Assembly (NCBI GenBank): GCA_016124845.1
Contig: WGMW01000004.1
Span: forward strand, 4,242 to 68,241
Direction: 5' to 3'
DNA length: 64,000 bases
Origin: Flavobacteriales bacterium
GTDB taxonomy: Bacteria > Bacteroidota > Bacteroidia > UBA10329
Part shown: piece after piece, positions 18,965 through 29,307 of the stretch
Numbering within the stretch: position 1 is the first letter of the stretch
Layout of the letters: the number at the start of each line of letters is the position of its first letter
The notes under the pieces: generated by a model
What the model was told of the DNA's origin: nothing
The model's database searches: none
What the model saw: the letters and a program-made list of their open reading frames with translations, nothing else
Made by a program: the position numbers and the translations under genes

Positions 18965-19891
18965 ATGAACTTCACTTTACATCAGTTACGTGTCTTTCAG
19001 AAGATCTGTGAAACCGGTAGCATCACCAAAGCTGCCAAGGAACTCTATCTCACGCAGCCTGCGGTCTCCATTCAACTGAAGAATCTGCAGGATCAATTCG
19101 ATATTCCCCTGACCGAGCTGATCGGCCGGAAAATTCACGTCACCGATTTCGGACGGCAAATAGCCGAAGCGGCATCCAACATTCTCAAAGAGGTGGAAAC
19201 GATCAATTATCAGACAATGATCCACAAGGGGCTGCTGGCCGGGAAACTCCGCATATCGGTGGTTTCTACTGGAAAATATGTGATGCCTTATTTCCTGACC
19301 GAATTTCTGCAACAGCATGATGGTGTGGAACTGGCCATGGATGTGACCAATAAATCGCAGGTGGTGGAAAGTTTGGAGAACAACGAGGTCGATTTTGCAC
19401 TGGTGTCCATTTTGCCCGAGCATCTGGAACTGGATTCGGTTTCGCTGATGCCGAACATGCTTTACCTGGTCGGCAGCCAAGTTCCGCCCAACGCAAAAGC
19501 GGACGGTCCGAACAATTTTCAGCTGTTGAACGACATCCAACTCATTTACCGAGAGAACGGCTCTGGTACCCGATTTACCATGGAGAATTTTCTGAAAGCG
19601 AACGGGCTTTCGACCAAAAAGCAACTTGAGCTCACATCAAACGAAGCGGTAAAACAGGCCGTTCTGGCTGGTCTTGGTTATTCCATTATGCCACTCATCG
19701 GAATCAGGAATGAACTGAAAAACGGCACGTTGAAGATCATTCCGGTCAAAGGCCTGCCGCTACAGACCAACTGGCATTTGACCTGGCTCAAGCAGAAACG
19801 ATTGTCACCGGTGGCCACCGCTTTTGTCAATTATCTGGAAACGAACAAAGACGAGATCATCCGATCGAAGTTTGAAGCATTGGCCGTGTAA
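18965..19891 (+). CDS. LysR family transcriptional regulator
   Basis: N-terminal LHQLRVFQKICETGSITKAAKELYLTQPAVSIQL HTH, followed by a substrate-binding domain. Confidence 0.9.
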   Translation: MNFTLHQLRVFQKICETGSITKAAKELYLTQPAVSIQLKNLQDQFDIPLTELIGRKIHVTDFGRQIAEAASNILKEVETINYQTMIHKGLLAGKLRISVVSTGKYVMPYFLTEFLQQHDGVELAMDVTNKSQVVESLENNEVDFALVSILPEHLELDSVSLMPNMLYLVGSQVPPNAKADGPNNFQLLNDIQLIYRENGSGTRFTMENFLKANGLSTKKQLELTSNEAVKQAVLAGLGYSIMPLIGIRNELKNGTLKIIPVKGLPLQTNWHLTWLKQKRLSPVATAFVNYLETNKDEIIRSKFEALAV

Positions 19892-19915
19892 CATTTTTCG
19901 TTTTCCTTTAGCATC

Positions 19916-21400
19916 ATGGGAATCCGCTCCATATTGGCCAAACCTTTAGCGTGGTGGACGCACCGCCAAACGGTTGCGTGGAGCAGCAAGCCCGTTGCAA
20001 CACAACAGAAGGTTTTCGCAGAACTCATCTCAAAGGCCAAGGAAACTTCCTTCGGGAAAGACCACGATTTTCTGCGGATCCGGAACCATGAAGATTTTGT
20101 AAAACGCGTTCCTATTCGGGATTATGAGGAATTGAAACCCTATTTCGAACGAACGGCAAGCGGAGAAGAAAATGTGCTGTGGCCAGGAAAACCGCTCTAT
20201 TTGGCCAAAACCAGCGGAACCACTTCGGGCGCTAAGTACATTCCGATAACTCGCGATAGCATTCCGAACCATTTGAACGGAGCCAAGAATGCATTGCTTA
20301 GTTACATCCACGAAACAGGAAATTCGCAGTTTTTGGATGGTAAACTGATATTTCTTTCGGGTTCGCCCGAACTGGAAAAGAAGAACGGCATTCATGTAGG
20401 GCGACTTTCTGGCATCAGCAACCATTTCGTTCCTGATTATCTGCGCACCAATCAAATGCCGAGTTACGAGACCAACTGTATCGAAGATTGGGAAACCAAG
20501 GTCGATGCCGTTGTGGAAGAAACATTGAAAGAACGCATGACGCTCATTTCGGGCATTCCAAGTTGGGTTCAGATGTATTTCGATAAGATTCAAGAACGCA
20601 CAGGAAAGCAAGTGAAAGATGTGTTTCCTGATTTCTCCCTGTTCGTTTACGGAGGCGTGAACTTTGAACCTTATCGCGCCAAAATGGAAGCCAGCATCGG
20701 CAAGAAGATCGACAGCATTGAGCTGTTTCCGGCATCGGAAGGTTTCTTCGCGTATCAGGACAAACAGCATGAAAAAGGCATGCTGCTCATTCTCAATGCG
20801 GGCATTTTCTACGAGTTCGTTCCTGCGGATGAAGTTCACAACGAAAACCCAACACGCCTGACCATTGGCGAAGTGGAACTGGGCAAGAATTACGCGCTTA
20901 TTGTGAGTAATAACGCTGGTCTGTGGGGCTACAATATTGGCGATATGGTTCAGTTCGTAAGCAAAGACCCTTACCGCGTGATCGTTTCAGGCCGCGTAAA
21001 GCATTTTACCTCCGCCTTTGGTGAGCACGTGATTGCCAAGGAAGTGGAAGCTGCGCTGAACAAGGCTTTGACGGAAAACGGTGGCGAGGTGATCGACTTT
21101 CATGTGGCACCACAGGTCAACCCCGCCTCAGGCGGGTTGCCATACCATGAGTGGTTCATCAGCTTCGCGAAGCGCCCTGAAAACATGGAGCAATTCGCTT
21201 CAACTATCGATAAGGAATTACAGGAACAGAACATCTACTACAAAGATCTGATTTCGGGGAATATTCTCCGACCAGCGGTAATTACCGAAGTCGCTGAAGA
21301 TGCGTTCATCAACTACGCACGTTCGCAAGGAAAATTGGGCGGGCAGTTCAAATTGCCACGCTTGGCGAATGATAGAAACGTGGCGGATCAGCTTACTTGA
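19916..21400 (+). CDS. GH3 auxin-responsive-promoter family protein (acyl-acid amido synthetase-like adenylating enzyme)
   Basis: 494 aa with a TSGTTSGAKYIP adenylation P-loop and GH3-family architecture. Confidence 0.85.
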   Translation: MGIRSILAKPLAWWTHRQTVAWSSKPVATQQKVFAELISKAKETSFGKDHDFLRIRNHEDFVKRVPIRDYEELKPYFERTASGEENVLWPGKPLYLAKTSGTTSGAKYIPITRDSIPNHLNGAKNALLSYIHETGNSQFLDGKLIFLSGSPELEKKNGIHVGRLSGISNHFVPDYLRTNQMPSYETNCIEDWETKVDAVVEETLKERMTLISGIPSWVQMYFDKIQERTGKQVKDVFPDFSLFVYGGVNFEPYRAKMEASIGKKIDSIELFPASEGFFAYQDKQHEKGMLLILNAGIFYEFVPADEVHNENPTRLTIGEVELGKNYALIVSNNAGLWGYNIGDMVQFVSKDPYRVIVSGRVKHFTSAFGEHVIAKEVEAALNKALTENGGEVIDFHVAPQVNPASGGLPYHEWFISFAKRPENMEQFASTIDKELQEQNIYYKDLISGNILRPAVITEVAEDAFINYARSQGKLGGQFKLPRLANDRNVADQLT

Positions 21401-21419
21401 TCATTCCTATTTTCGGAGT

Positions 21420-22814
21420 ATGAAAACAACCGTCCGAATCCTCGCCTTCCTCGTCCTTCTTTACCTCATCCCGACCGCTTACCTCAATTTCAAAGAACCC
21501 GTGGAGCATTGGGATTGGGACAAGATTGACCTGAGCGACATTTCGTTCCCTGATAATTTCATTTGGGGCGTTTCGTCAGCAGCGCATCAGGTGGAAGGAA
21601 ACCACACCACCAACAATTGGGCGGACTGGGAAAAGCAAGTGGACGAAGATGGAAATCCACGCATAGCGCGAGGTGAAAAATGTGGCCTCGCATGCGACCA
21701 CTGGAACCGCTATCCCGAAGACATCAAACTGATGCAGGAACTGGGCGTTTCAAGCTATCGTTTCTCTGTTTCGTGGAGCAAGATCATGCCTGAAGAAGGC
21801 AAGGTTGATACAGCCGCACTTCAACATTATTCTGATATGGTCGATAGCCTTTTGGCAGCTGGAATTGAGCCGATGATCACGCTGCATCACTTCTGTCACC
21901 CAATGTGGTTCGAGGAAAAAGGAGCGTTCGAAAAGGAGGAGAACATTCAGGATTTCGTGGATTTCTCGGCCATCGTTTTCAAGGCACTTCACGAACGGGT
22001 GAAGTATTGGTGTACGCTCAATGAGCCAGCTGTTTTCGTCATCGCGGCCTACTTCGATGGCAATTTCCCGCCAGGAAAACAAGACCCGAAATTGGCCGCA
22101 GAGGTGTTGAAGAACATGTACCTCGCTCACGTTAAGGTTTATGAGAAATTGAAGAGTATCCCTCGCGGAGAACGCGCCATGATCGGCATTGTGAAGAACA
22201 TGCACCAGATTGACCCGATGAACGATTGGAATCTCTTTGACAGGTTGCTTTCACGAACCGTGAACCAAGGTTTCAACGGCTCGTTCATCGGCACATTCAC
22301 CAAAGGTGTTTACCGTTTCAGTTTCCCAACATTGGTTGATCTGAAAGCAGACATTCCGAACGCGCCTTACACGCTCGATTTCGTTGGATTGAATTACTAC
22401 AGTCACAACGCCATGGATTTCTCACTGAACTTGGATGAAGCGCTGAAAACCCGCATGTACCCCAACGAAACCCCGACCGACATGGATTACACCATGTACC
22501 CCGAAGGTTTTTACCGAGCCATCAAGGAGATTTCGGCTCTCAATCGTCCAATAATTATCACAGAAAATGGCGTGGCCGATGCGGATGATGACATCCGTGG
22601 CGAGTTCATCAGAAAGTATCTCTATGCTGTTTCGAAGGCGATAAAAGATGGGTATAATGTGCGCGGCTATTACTACTGGTCGCTGATGGACAACTTTGAG
22701 TGGGACCTCGGTTATGATGAACGTTTCGGGTTGTACGAAGTGAATTTCGACACGCAGGAACGCACGCTTCGCGAAGGTTCAAAAGAATATCAGCGGATTG
22801 TGAAAGCGAATTAA
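21420..22814 (+). CDS. GH1 family beta-glucosidase
   Basis: Signal/TM start MKTTVRILAFLVL (internal Met of the track ORF). F.WG.SSAAHQVEG N-terminal signature, TLNEP acid/base motif and ITENG nucleophile motif. Confidence 0.9.
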   Translation: MKTTVRILAFLVLLYLIPTAYLNFKEPVEHWDWDKIDLSDISFPDNFIWGVSSAAHQVEGNHTTNNWADWEKQVDEDGNPRIARGEKCGLACDHWNRYPEDIKLMQELGVSSYRFSVSWSKIMPEEGKVDTAALQHYSDMVDSLLAAGIEPMITLHHFCHPMWFEEKGAFEKEENIQDFVDFSAIVFKALHERVKYWCTLNEPAVFVIAAYFDGNFPPGKQDPKLAAEVLKNMYLAHVKVYEKLKSIPRGERAMIGIVKNMHQIDPMNDWNLFDRLLSRTVNQGFNGSFIGTFTKGVYRFSFPTLVDLKADIPNAPYTLDFVGLNYYSHNAMDFSLNLDEALKTRMYPNETPTDMDYTMYPEGFYRAIKEISALNRPIIITENGVADADDDIRGEFIRKYLYAVSKAIKDGYNVRGYYYWSLMDNFEWDLGYDERFGLYEVNFDTQERTLREGSKEYQRIVKAN

Positions 22815-22906
22815 CCTCGTCATGCTGAACTTGTTTCAGCATCTACTGGAGACCCTGAAACAAGTTCAGGGTGACGGACGAGAGACGTTGACTCGTAAAT
22901 TCGACC

Positions 22907-24208
22907 ATGCGAAACCCATTTTTCGTTTTTCCTTTTCTCTTTTTTCTGACCATCGGCAACGCATTTGGTCAATCCCAGCATTGCCTTGCCGACCGCTACG
23001 CGCAAGATGCGCTTTTCGATAGTTCAGAAATTCAGATCACGCCAGATGTGCATTTCGCCACTTCCATGCGTTGGCCAAGTGCAACCATGGACAGTTTGCG
23101 GATGGATATTTACATGCCCGACCCGAACATCGATCCAGTTCAATCGCGACCACTGATCGTGATGACGCATGGCGGTGCGTTTTTAGCTGGCGACCGAACC
23201 GACATGGCCCCTTACGCCATGGAGATGGCAAGGCGCGGTTTCGTTACGGCCACCATCTCGTACCGTTTGGGCTGGAACTGTTCGGCAACCGATGTTTTCG
23301 GTCCGTGCATCAGTTGCCAGTCGGAAGCGTGGCGGTTGAAAGCCGCTGCTTATCGTGCGGTGCAGGACAACCGCGCGGCCATCCGCCATTTGGTGCATAA
23401 TGCCGCAGACCTCGGCATCGATACTTCGTACATTTTCCTGCAAGGCGAAAGTGCGGGCTCCATCACTTCGTTGAAATCCGCGTTTTGGGATCAATCCGAA
23501 GGTGAAGCGTTCTGCACCACCTGTTTGGATGACCTCGGCATGTTGGACACGGCAGGAAACGACCTGACGGAAACATTCACCATCAAAGGCGTGATCAACA
23601 ACTGTGGCGGCATTGCCAACGTGAACCAAGGCGTGATGGACGGACAGGATATTCCCGTGATCGGATTTCATACCGAATGGGATTGCGTGGTGCCATATCA
23701 GAGCGGTTCCGTGCTGAACTGCGCCCCAGCCAATTGCGGTGCGTTTTTCTGGGTCACGGGCTCCGATTACATCCGCGCGCGGCTCAATCAGAATGGCATT
23801 TGCTACAACATGAACCGCTACTTGGCCAACATCAACCATTGCGATTATCCGTTCGGTGCCATCGTGGGAAAATCGAGCTGTTTCCTGAAAAGTATTCTGT
23901 GCGAAAACTGCACGTCATCGGTCACCGATCAGATATGGGATATTCCCGATTGCTCTGCTGGCGGTTTTGTTTCCATTCAAGAAAAGGAAGCCACAAAATG
24001 GGTTCAGTTGAACGGAAACAGATTGATCTTCGAACCTGAAGCCACGATTACTTCCATTCAGGTTTTTGACGTTTCCATGCGATTGTTGATGAGCATTTCT
24101 GCAAACAGCTCCATCGTAGAACTTCCGTCAACGCTGCGCGGATGCATGTTCGTAAGGATCGATGCGGAAAACCGCACCACGGAGATGTTGAAGTGGTGTA
24201 ATTTCTAA
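22907..24208 (+). CDS. secreted alpha/beta hydrolase (carboxylesterase/lipase) with a type IX secretion C-terminal sorting domain
   Basis: Signal peptide, HGGAF oxyanion motif, GESAG nucleophile elbow and a C-terminal ~80-aa beta-sandwich tail resembling the T9SS type A sorting domain. Confidence 0.8.
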   Translation: MRNPFFVFPFLFFLTIGNAFGQSQHCLADRYAQDALFDSSEIQITPDVHFATSMRWPSATMDSLRMDIYMPDPNIDPVQSRPLIVMTHGGAFLAGDRTDMAPYAMEMARRGFVTATISYRLGWNCSATDVFGPCISCQSEAWRLKAAAYRAVQDNRAAIRHLVHNAADLGIDTSYIFLQGESAGSITSLKSAFWDQSEGEAFCTTCLDDLGMLDTAGNDLTETFTIKGVINNCGGIANVNQGVMDGQDIPVIGFHTEWDCVVPYQSGSVLNCAPANCGAFFWVTGSDYIRARLNQNGICYNMNRYLANINHCDYPFGAIVGKSSCFLKSILCENCTSSVTDQIWDIPDCSAGGFVSIQEKEATKWVQLNGNRLIFEPEATITSIQVFDVSMRLLMSISANSSIVELPSTLRGCMFVRIDAENRTTEMLKWCNF

Positions 24209-24252
24209 CTCTTGCCCATCCTACCAATTGAGGTACTTTTGCGGCTTCGCGA

Positions 24253-25422
24253 ATGAGTGACAACAAGACAGATAAACGGCACATCGCCATCCTTGGCTCC
24301 ACCGGTTCTATTGGAACACAGGCGCTGGAGGTTTTGGAGGCAAATCCTGAGGTTTTTGAGTTAGAGGTGCTAACTGCGCATAGCAGTGCTGAACTTCTGA
24401 TAGAGCAAGCGCTCAAATTCAAACCTAATTGCGTGGTCATTGGCGATGAAAGCCAATTCAAGAAGGTGCAGGACGCACTTTTCGATGAGGGCATCAAGGT
24501 GTATGCTGGCGCGGACAGTCTGGCGCAGGTGGTGCAGATGGAAGACATCGATATTGTGCTTACTGCGTTGGTCGGTTATGCAGGATTGCGCCCTACATTG
24601 GCGGCAATTGACGCAGGAAAACACATCGCGTTAGCCAACAAGGAAACGCTTGTTGTGGCTGGCGAAATCGTAACCGACCTCGCTCGGAAAAAGGGCGTAA
24701 ACATCTATCCTGTCGATAGTGAGCATTCGGCCATTTTCCAATGTTTGGTAGGTGAGTTTCACAATCCGATCGAAAAGATCTATCTGACGGCTTCTGGTGG
24801 TCCGTTCCGTGGACAGAAACGTGAACAATTGGCGGCTGTGACCAAAGCTCAGGCCCTCAAACACCCGAATTGGGACATGGGTGCCAAGATCACCATCGAC
24901 AGTGCTTCGATGATGAACAAAGGCTTGGAAGTGATCGAAGCAAAATGGCTGTTCGGGCTGAAGAATGAGCAGATCGATGTGATTGTGCATCCGCAAAGCA
25001 TCATCCACAGCATTGTTCAGTTTGAGGACGGTAGCATGAAAGCGCAGATGGGTTTGCCGGACATGAAGCTTCCGATCCAGTTTGCGCTCGGCTATCCGAA
25101 CCGATTGAAGTCGGATTTTCCTCGTTTCAACTTCTTGAATTACCCGCAACTCACGTTTGAGAAGGCGGACACGGAAACCTTCCGCAACTTGGCATTGGCG
25201 TTTGAGGCGCTGAACCAAGGTGGAAATCAACCCTGCATTCTCAACGCGGCCAATGAAATTGCTGTTGATGCGTTCCTGAAAGACCGCATCGGCTTCCTCG
25301 AAATGTCAGACATCATCGAACAATCGATGCAACGCGTGTCTTTCATAAAAAAACCTAACTATGACGACTATGTGGCAACAGATGCGGAAACTCGCGTGTT
25401 GGCACTCGAAATGATCAACTAA
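24253..25422 (+). CDS. dxr: 1-deoxy-D-xylulose 5-phosphate reductoisomerase
   Basis: ILGSTGSIGTQALEV NADPH motif and the LANKE and DSEHSA motifs. Confidence 0.95.
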   Translation: MSDNKTDKRHIAILGSTGSIGTQALEVLEANPEVFELEVLTAHSSAELLIEQALKFKPNCVVIGDESQFKKVQDALFDEGIKVYAGADSLAQVVQMEDIDIVLTALVGYAGLRPTLAAIDAGKHIALANKETLVVAGEIVTDLARKKGVNIYPVDSEHSAIFQCLVGEFHNPIEKIYLTASGGPFRGQKREQLAAVTKAQALKHPNWDMGAKITIDSASMMNKGLEVIEAKWLFGLKNEQIDVIVHPQSIIHSIVQFEDGSMKAQMGLPDMKLPIQFALGYPNRLKSDFPRFNFLNYPQLTFEKADTETFRNLALAFEALNQGGNQPCILNAANEIAVDAFLKDRIGFLEMSDIIEQSMQRVSFIKKPNYDDYVATDAETRVLALEMIN

Positions 25423-26766
25423 ATGGATATACTCATCAAGGCGGGACAGCTCCTGCTCAGTCTCACCATCCTTGTCACACTTCACGAGCTCGGGCACTTC
25501 ATCCCAGCACGGCTTTTCGGCACACGTGTCAAGAAATTCTACCTGTTCTTCGACTTCCTTTTTCCGCTTCCGAACGTGCTCAACTTCTCGCTTTTCAAGA
25601 TAAAGCGTGGCGAAACTGAGTACGGAATCGGTTGGTTCCCAATGGGCGGCTACGTGCAAATTGACGGCATGGTGGACGAAAGCATGGACACAGAAGCGTT
25701 GAAGGAAGAACCAAAGCCATGGGAGTTCCGCAGCAAACCAGCTTGGCAACGATTGATCATCATGCTTGGTGGAGTGACGGTAAATCTGATCCTCGGATTC
25801 CTCATTTACAGCATGGTGCTGTTCACTTGGGGTAAGGAGAAATTGCCGCTTGCCAACATGGATTATGGCGTTTACGCAGACTCTACACTCCACAAATACG
25901 GCATTGCGGATGGTGATAAGATCCTTGGTCTCAATGATACGAGCGTGCATTACTTCGAACAGCTTGGGAAGGCGGTTCTGATCCATGGCGCACGGACCAT
26001 TGAGATTGAGCATAATGGTAAGAAAGAGATGGTCGCACTTCCGGCAGACATCGAGAAAGAACTGCTTGGAAATGGAACCAAAAGTCTGTTCATGCCACGC
26101 TATCCGTTCGAGGTGGACAGCGTCCTACCCGGTGATCTGGCCATGCAGGCAGGGTTCAAAAAAGGCGACCGCATTATTCGTGTTGATACCACTTCAACGC
26201 CTGGTTTCTTTGAGGGATTGAAAGCCATTAAGGCAAATACCGGGAAAGAAATCAACGTAGTTGTACTGCGTGACGGAGAGGAAAAAACACTCACAACCAA
26301 AGTGAGTGATGAAGGCCGCATCGGTATTCAGCTTTGCATGGTGAACGACTTCCTGAAAACGGAAACCTACCGTTACACGTTCTTCGAATCAATTCCTGCC
26401 GGGTTTGTGGAGACGGGAAATGTGCTGAACGGATATGTTTCAAGCCTTAAGCTGCTTTTCTCAAAAGAAGGTGCTTCGCAGATCGGTGGTTTCGGCTCCA
26501 TTGGAAGCATGTTCCCTTCCACTTGGGATTGGCATTCGTTCTGGTCGATGACCGCATTTCTCTCGCTGGTGCTGGCCATCATGAACGTACTTCCGATACC
26601 TGCTTTGGATGGTGGCCACGTGGTATTCCTGCTCTACGAGATGGTGGTGGGCAAAAAGCCGAGCGACAAGTTCATGGAGTACACCCAAACCGTTGGAATG
26701 ATCCTGTTGCTTACCTTGCTGTTGCTCGCCAACGGCAACGACATCTACAAGTTCTTCCTCAAATAG
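25423..26766 (+). CDS. rseP: RIP metalloprotease RseP (site-2 protease)
   Basis: HELGH zinc motif in the first TM segment, a PDZ domain, and the C-terminal LNVLPIPALDGG motif. Confidence 0.9.
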   Translation: MDILIKAGQLLLSLTILVTLHELGHFIPARLFGTRVKKFYLFFDFLFPLPNVLNFSLFKIKRGETEYGIGWFPMGGYVQIDGMVDESMDTEALKEEPKPWEFRSKPAWQRLIIMLGGVTVNLILGFLIYSMVLFTWGKEKLPLANMDYGVYADSTLHKYGIADGDKILGLNDTSVHYFEQLGKAVLIHGARTIEIEHNGKKEMVALPADIEKELLGNGTKSLFMPRYPFEVDSVLPGDLAMQAGFKKGDRIIRVDTTSTPGFFEGLKAIKANTGKEINVVVLRDGEEKTLTTKVSDEGRIGIQLCMVNDFLKTETYRYTFFESIPAGFVETGNVLNGYVSSLKLLFSKEGASQIGGFGSIGSMFPSTWDWHSFWSMTAFLSLVLAIMNVLPIPALDGGHVVFLLYEMVVGKKPSDKFMEYTQTVGMILLLTLLLLANGNDIYKFFLK

Positions 26767-26771
26767 ACCGA

Positions 26772-27629
26772 ATGCGTTTTCTGGTTCTTGCTTTCCTTCT
26801 CTTTCCGCTGTTCGGGATTTCCCAAACAGACATGTTCGGAGATGAAAAAGTGACAAAAACGGACCAAGACGTTTACGCAGAAGGAACGAAGGAAGAAGCC
26901 AAGATCCTGATCATTCCGTTTGAGGAAAAGCTGTTCTACTGCGACATTATGCGTGACCTGACCGAGGTGAACCAAATGACGCAGCTGGAAATTTTCAATC
27001 GCTTGCGAAATGAGATCCAATTGAGTTTGCAGGCTGCGCTGAAAGACAGCATGGAAACGGCCACGTTCCTGAATACCGACAGCATTACGGATGAAGACCT
27101 CATTGACATTTACGAGGTTCTTGGCTACAAGTATGTTCCCGTTCCGGTTGAAGAGAAAGATGAGAAATCAGGGAAAACAAAAAAGAAAACGGTTCAGCCG
27201 CCAGCACCCCAAAAGGAAGTGGGCATCCGTAACGGACATGTAGTTGCTGAGCGCGATGCAACCGAGCGTTATATGAACGCCCAGCTGAAAAACTACGCTG
27301 TTCTCAATCGGTTTTACTCCAATTATGGACTGAACCGCTTTCTGTTCATCAACCAGATGGATGTGAAAATGGACCTCTCCGATCCCGAAACCGCTTTTAT
27401 TGATCCGAAACGCATGGTAGCCATCCACTACACTATTATGGACAAAGATGGGAAACAGATTAGCGGTGGATTGGCCTCGGAGCATTTCCCAGGAACGGAA
27501 AGCCGCCTCAACTACATCATCGGCAGCACATTCTACAAGCTGTCTACAGAGGTTTTAAAATCGCTGGTCAAAGCGGAGAAGAAGGAAGAAGAAGCGGAGG
27601 AAAATCGCCAATCGAAAACGAAGGACTGA
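26772..27629 (+). CDS. hypothetical secreted protein
   Basis: ATG at 26772 gives the signal peptide MRFLVLAFLLFPLFGISQ. The track ORF (26523) is an upstream extension overlapping rseP. No recognisable family. Confidence 0.6.
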   Translation: MRFLVLAFLLFPLFGISQTDMFGDEKVTKTDQDVYAEGTKEEAKILIIPFEEKLFYCDIMRDLTEVNQMTQLEIFNRLRNEIQLSLQAALKDSMETATFLNTDSITDEDLIDIYEVLGYKYVPVPVEEKDEKSGKTKKKTVQPPAPQKEVGIRNGHVVAERDATERYMNAQLKNYAVLNRFYSNYGLNRFLFINQMDVKMDLSDPETAFIDPKRMVAIHYTIMDKDGKQISGGLASEHFPGTESRLNYIIGSTFYKLSTEVLKSLVKAEKKEEEAEENRQSKTKD

Positions 27630-27631
27630 TT

Positions 27632-27718
27632 TGTCATGCCGAGCAAAGCTTGCGTAGCCGAGACATCTAACTCTATGGGCTAAGATTTCTCCGCTCCCTT
27701 CGGTCGATCGAAATGACA
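27632..27718. repeat. imperfect palindromic intergenic element, copy 2 of the family seen at 14824-14902
   Basis: Right arm CTCCGCTCCCTTCGGTCGATCGAAATGACA plus a degenerate left arm TGTCATGCCGAGCAAAGC. Lies between two convergent genes. Confidence 0.45.
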
Positions 27719-27724
27719 GAAGCC

Positions 27725-28339
27725 TTATGGAATCAACACCGTTCCCGTCAGGATCAACACTCCAAGCACAAAACCAACATACACCTGAAGAGGTGTGTGG
27801 GCATTCAGTTTCAAACGTGCAAAACCGACCAATCCGCTCAGAACGGTAAGCGCCATCACCAGCGGCACCACATCCACTTGGTAACGCAGCGCCAAACCGA
27901 TGATCGTTCCCACAATGCCGCCCATGCCGAGCATGTGGATGCTCACTTTCCATTTCAGGTTGATGACAAATGCGATTGCTACCGAAAGCGCGGCACCAAG
28001 GATCAAATCCAAAAACAGGCTCGGAACAGGAACGCGGGAGAAAATGTAGAACGTGCTGAGATGAAAGACGATGATGCTCAGGAATGGCAACGACCGCTCT
28101 TTGGCCGTGTGCATGTGCAACGATTCGATCAACCCGCTGCGCAGAAAGTAATAGAACACGCTCATCGGAAAGATCACCGTGTTCAGTAGCGTGATGATGA
28201 AAATGGATTTCCACACATCCAGCGGAACCGCGTATGTGATGTAGGTGTTGGCGTGATAGAGAATGACCAACGAGTAGATCGGAACGAAAATGGGTTGGAA
28301 AATGATGGACAGCGCCATCGCGAAGTTTCTTTCCATCAC
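27725..28339 (-). CDS. hypothetical polytopic membrane protein (possibly a degenerate PAP2-like phosphatase)
   Basis: 204 aa with ~6 TM segments. A weak SR.....H-like motif near the C-terminus; family not securely recognised. Confidence 0.5.
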   Translation of the reverse strand: MMERNFAMALSIIFQPIFVPIYSLVILYHANTYITYAVPLDVWKSIFIITLLNTVIFPMSVFYYFLRSGLIESLHMHTAKERSLPFLSIIVFHLSTFYIFSRVPVPSLFLDLILGAALSVAIAFVINLKWKVSIHMLGMGGIVGTIIGLALRYQVDVVPLVMALTVLSGLVGFARLKLNAHTPLQVYVGFVLGVLILTGTVLIP

Positions 28340-29145
28340 AGTTTCAGTTCAAATTCATCAGCATCATCCAACGGGCGGAACTTAGCGCGAAAATCGTCCA
28401 GGTCCGTTTTGGAAAGTGCAATCGTTTCGATGGCCGCTTCTCCCACTTCAAATGAGCAAAGAATCTCGCCTTTCGGGCTTACCACCAACGAACTTCCATC
28501 GTATTCAATTCCTTTTCCGTCCGTACCAACGCGGTTCACACCAACTACATAACATTGGTTTTCGTGCGCCCGCGCCACCAGCAAACTTCTCCATGCTGAA
28601 GAACGCACAGCAGGCCAATTGGCCACGTAGATCAACACGTCATACATGTCCGATTTCAAGTTTCTGCTGAAAACAGGAAAACGCAGATCGTAGCACACCT
28701 GTGGCATCACTCGCCAACCGTTCGGGCCATCTATCAGAACGCGCTGTTTCCCTGCGGTGAAGAACTTGTCTTCATCTGCAAAACTGAACCGATGCCGCTT
28801 GTCATACCATGTAAAACTACGGTCGGGATTTGCCCATAGCATGCGGTTGTAAAACTTCCCACCAGAACCGCCTGTAGTGCATTCTTCACGAATGATGACG
28901 CTGCCAGTGATTGTTGCATCCAATTCGGTGGAAAGGTCACGGACCCAAGCTACAGTTCTGCCATCCATCGGTTCGGCCAATTGACGGACATTCATGGTAA
29001 AACCTGTGGTGAACATTTCGGGCAGCACGATCAGATCGGTCTGGCGTTTGAGCGGACGAAGTTTCTCCTCCCAGAATTTTAGGTTGGCCGCTTTGTCTTC
29101 CCAAACCAGCGGTTGCTGGCAAACGGTTACGCGTAGATCATTCAT
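28336..29145 (-). CDS. carbon-nitrogen hydrolase family amidohydrolase (nitrilase superfamily)
   Basis: Internal Met start MNDLRVTVCQ and the E-K-C catalytic-triad context (LIVLPEMFTTG...C.D.RFP). Overlaps the upstream gene by 4 nt. Confidence 0.85.
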   Translation of the reverse strand: MNDLRVTVCQQPLVWEDKAANLKFWEEKLRPLKRQTDLIVLPEMFTTGFTMNVRQLAEPMDGRTVAWVRDLSTELDATITGSVIIREECTTGGSGGKFYNRMLWANPDRSFTWYDKRHRFSFADEDKFFTAGKQRVLIDGPNGWRVMPQVCYDLRFPVFSRNLKSDMYDVLIYVANWPAVRSSAWRSLLVARAHENQCYVVGVNRVGTDGKGIEYDGSSLVVSPKGEILCSFEVGEAAIETIALSKTDLDDFRAKFRPLDDADEFELKL

Positions 29146-29181
29146 TTGAGGAAAGATTTGATTGAAAAAGACCTCCCCCAA

Positions 29182-29279
29182 CCCCTCCTATCAAGGAGGG
29201 GAGCCATGATTCTTCGCAGAGCTCAGATGTACCCACCAATTCTCCCCCATGAAAGGGGGAGTGTCCGCCCGAGGCGGAC
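29182..29279. repeat. three tandem GC-rich hairpins (REP-like cluster) between convergent/tandem minus-strand genes
   Basis: CCCCTCC-TATCAA-GGAGGGG (29182-29201), CTCCCCC-ATGAAA-GGGGGAG (29242-29261) and GTCCGCC-CGA-GGCGGAC (29263-29279). The last shares its core with the acpP-fabF hairpin. Confidence 0.4.
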
Positions 29280-29307
29280 GAGGGGGTCGTTTCAAACCAT
29301 CGCTGGC

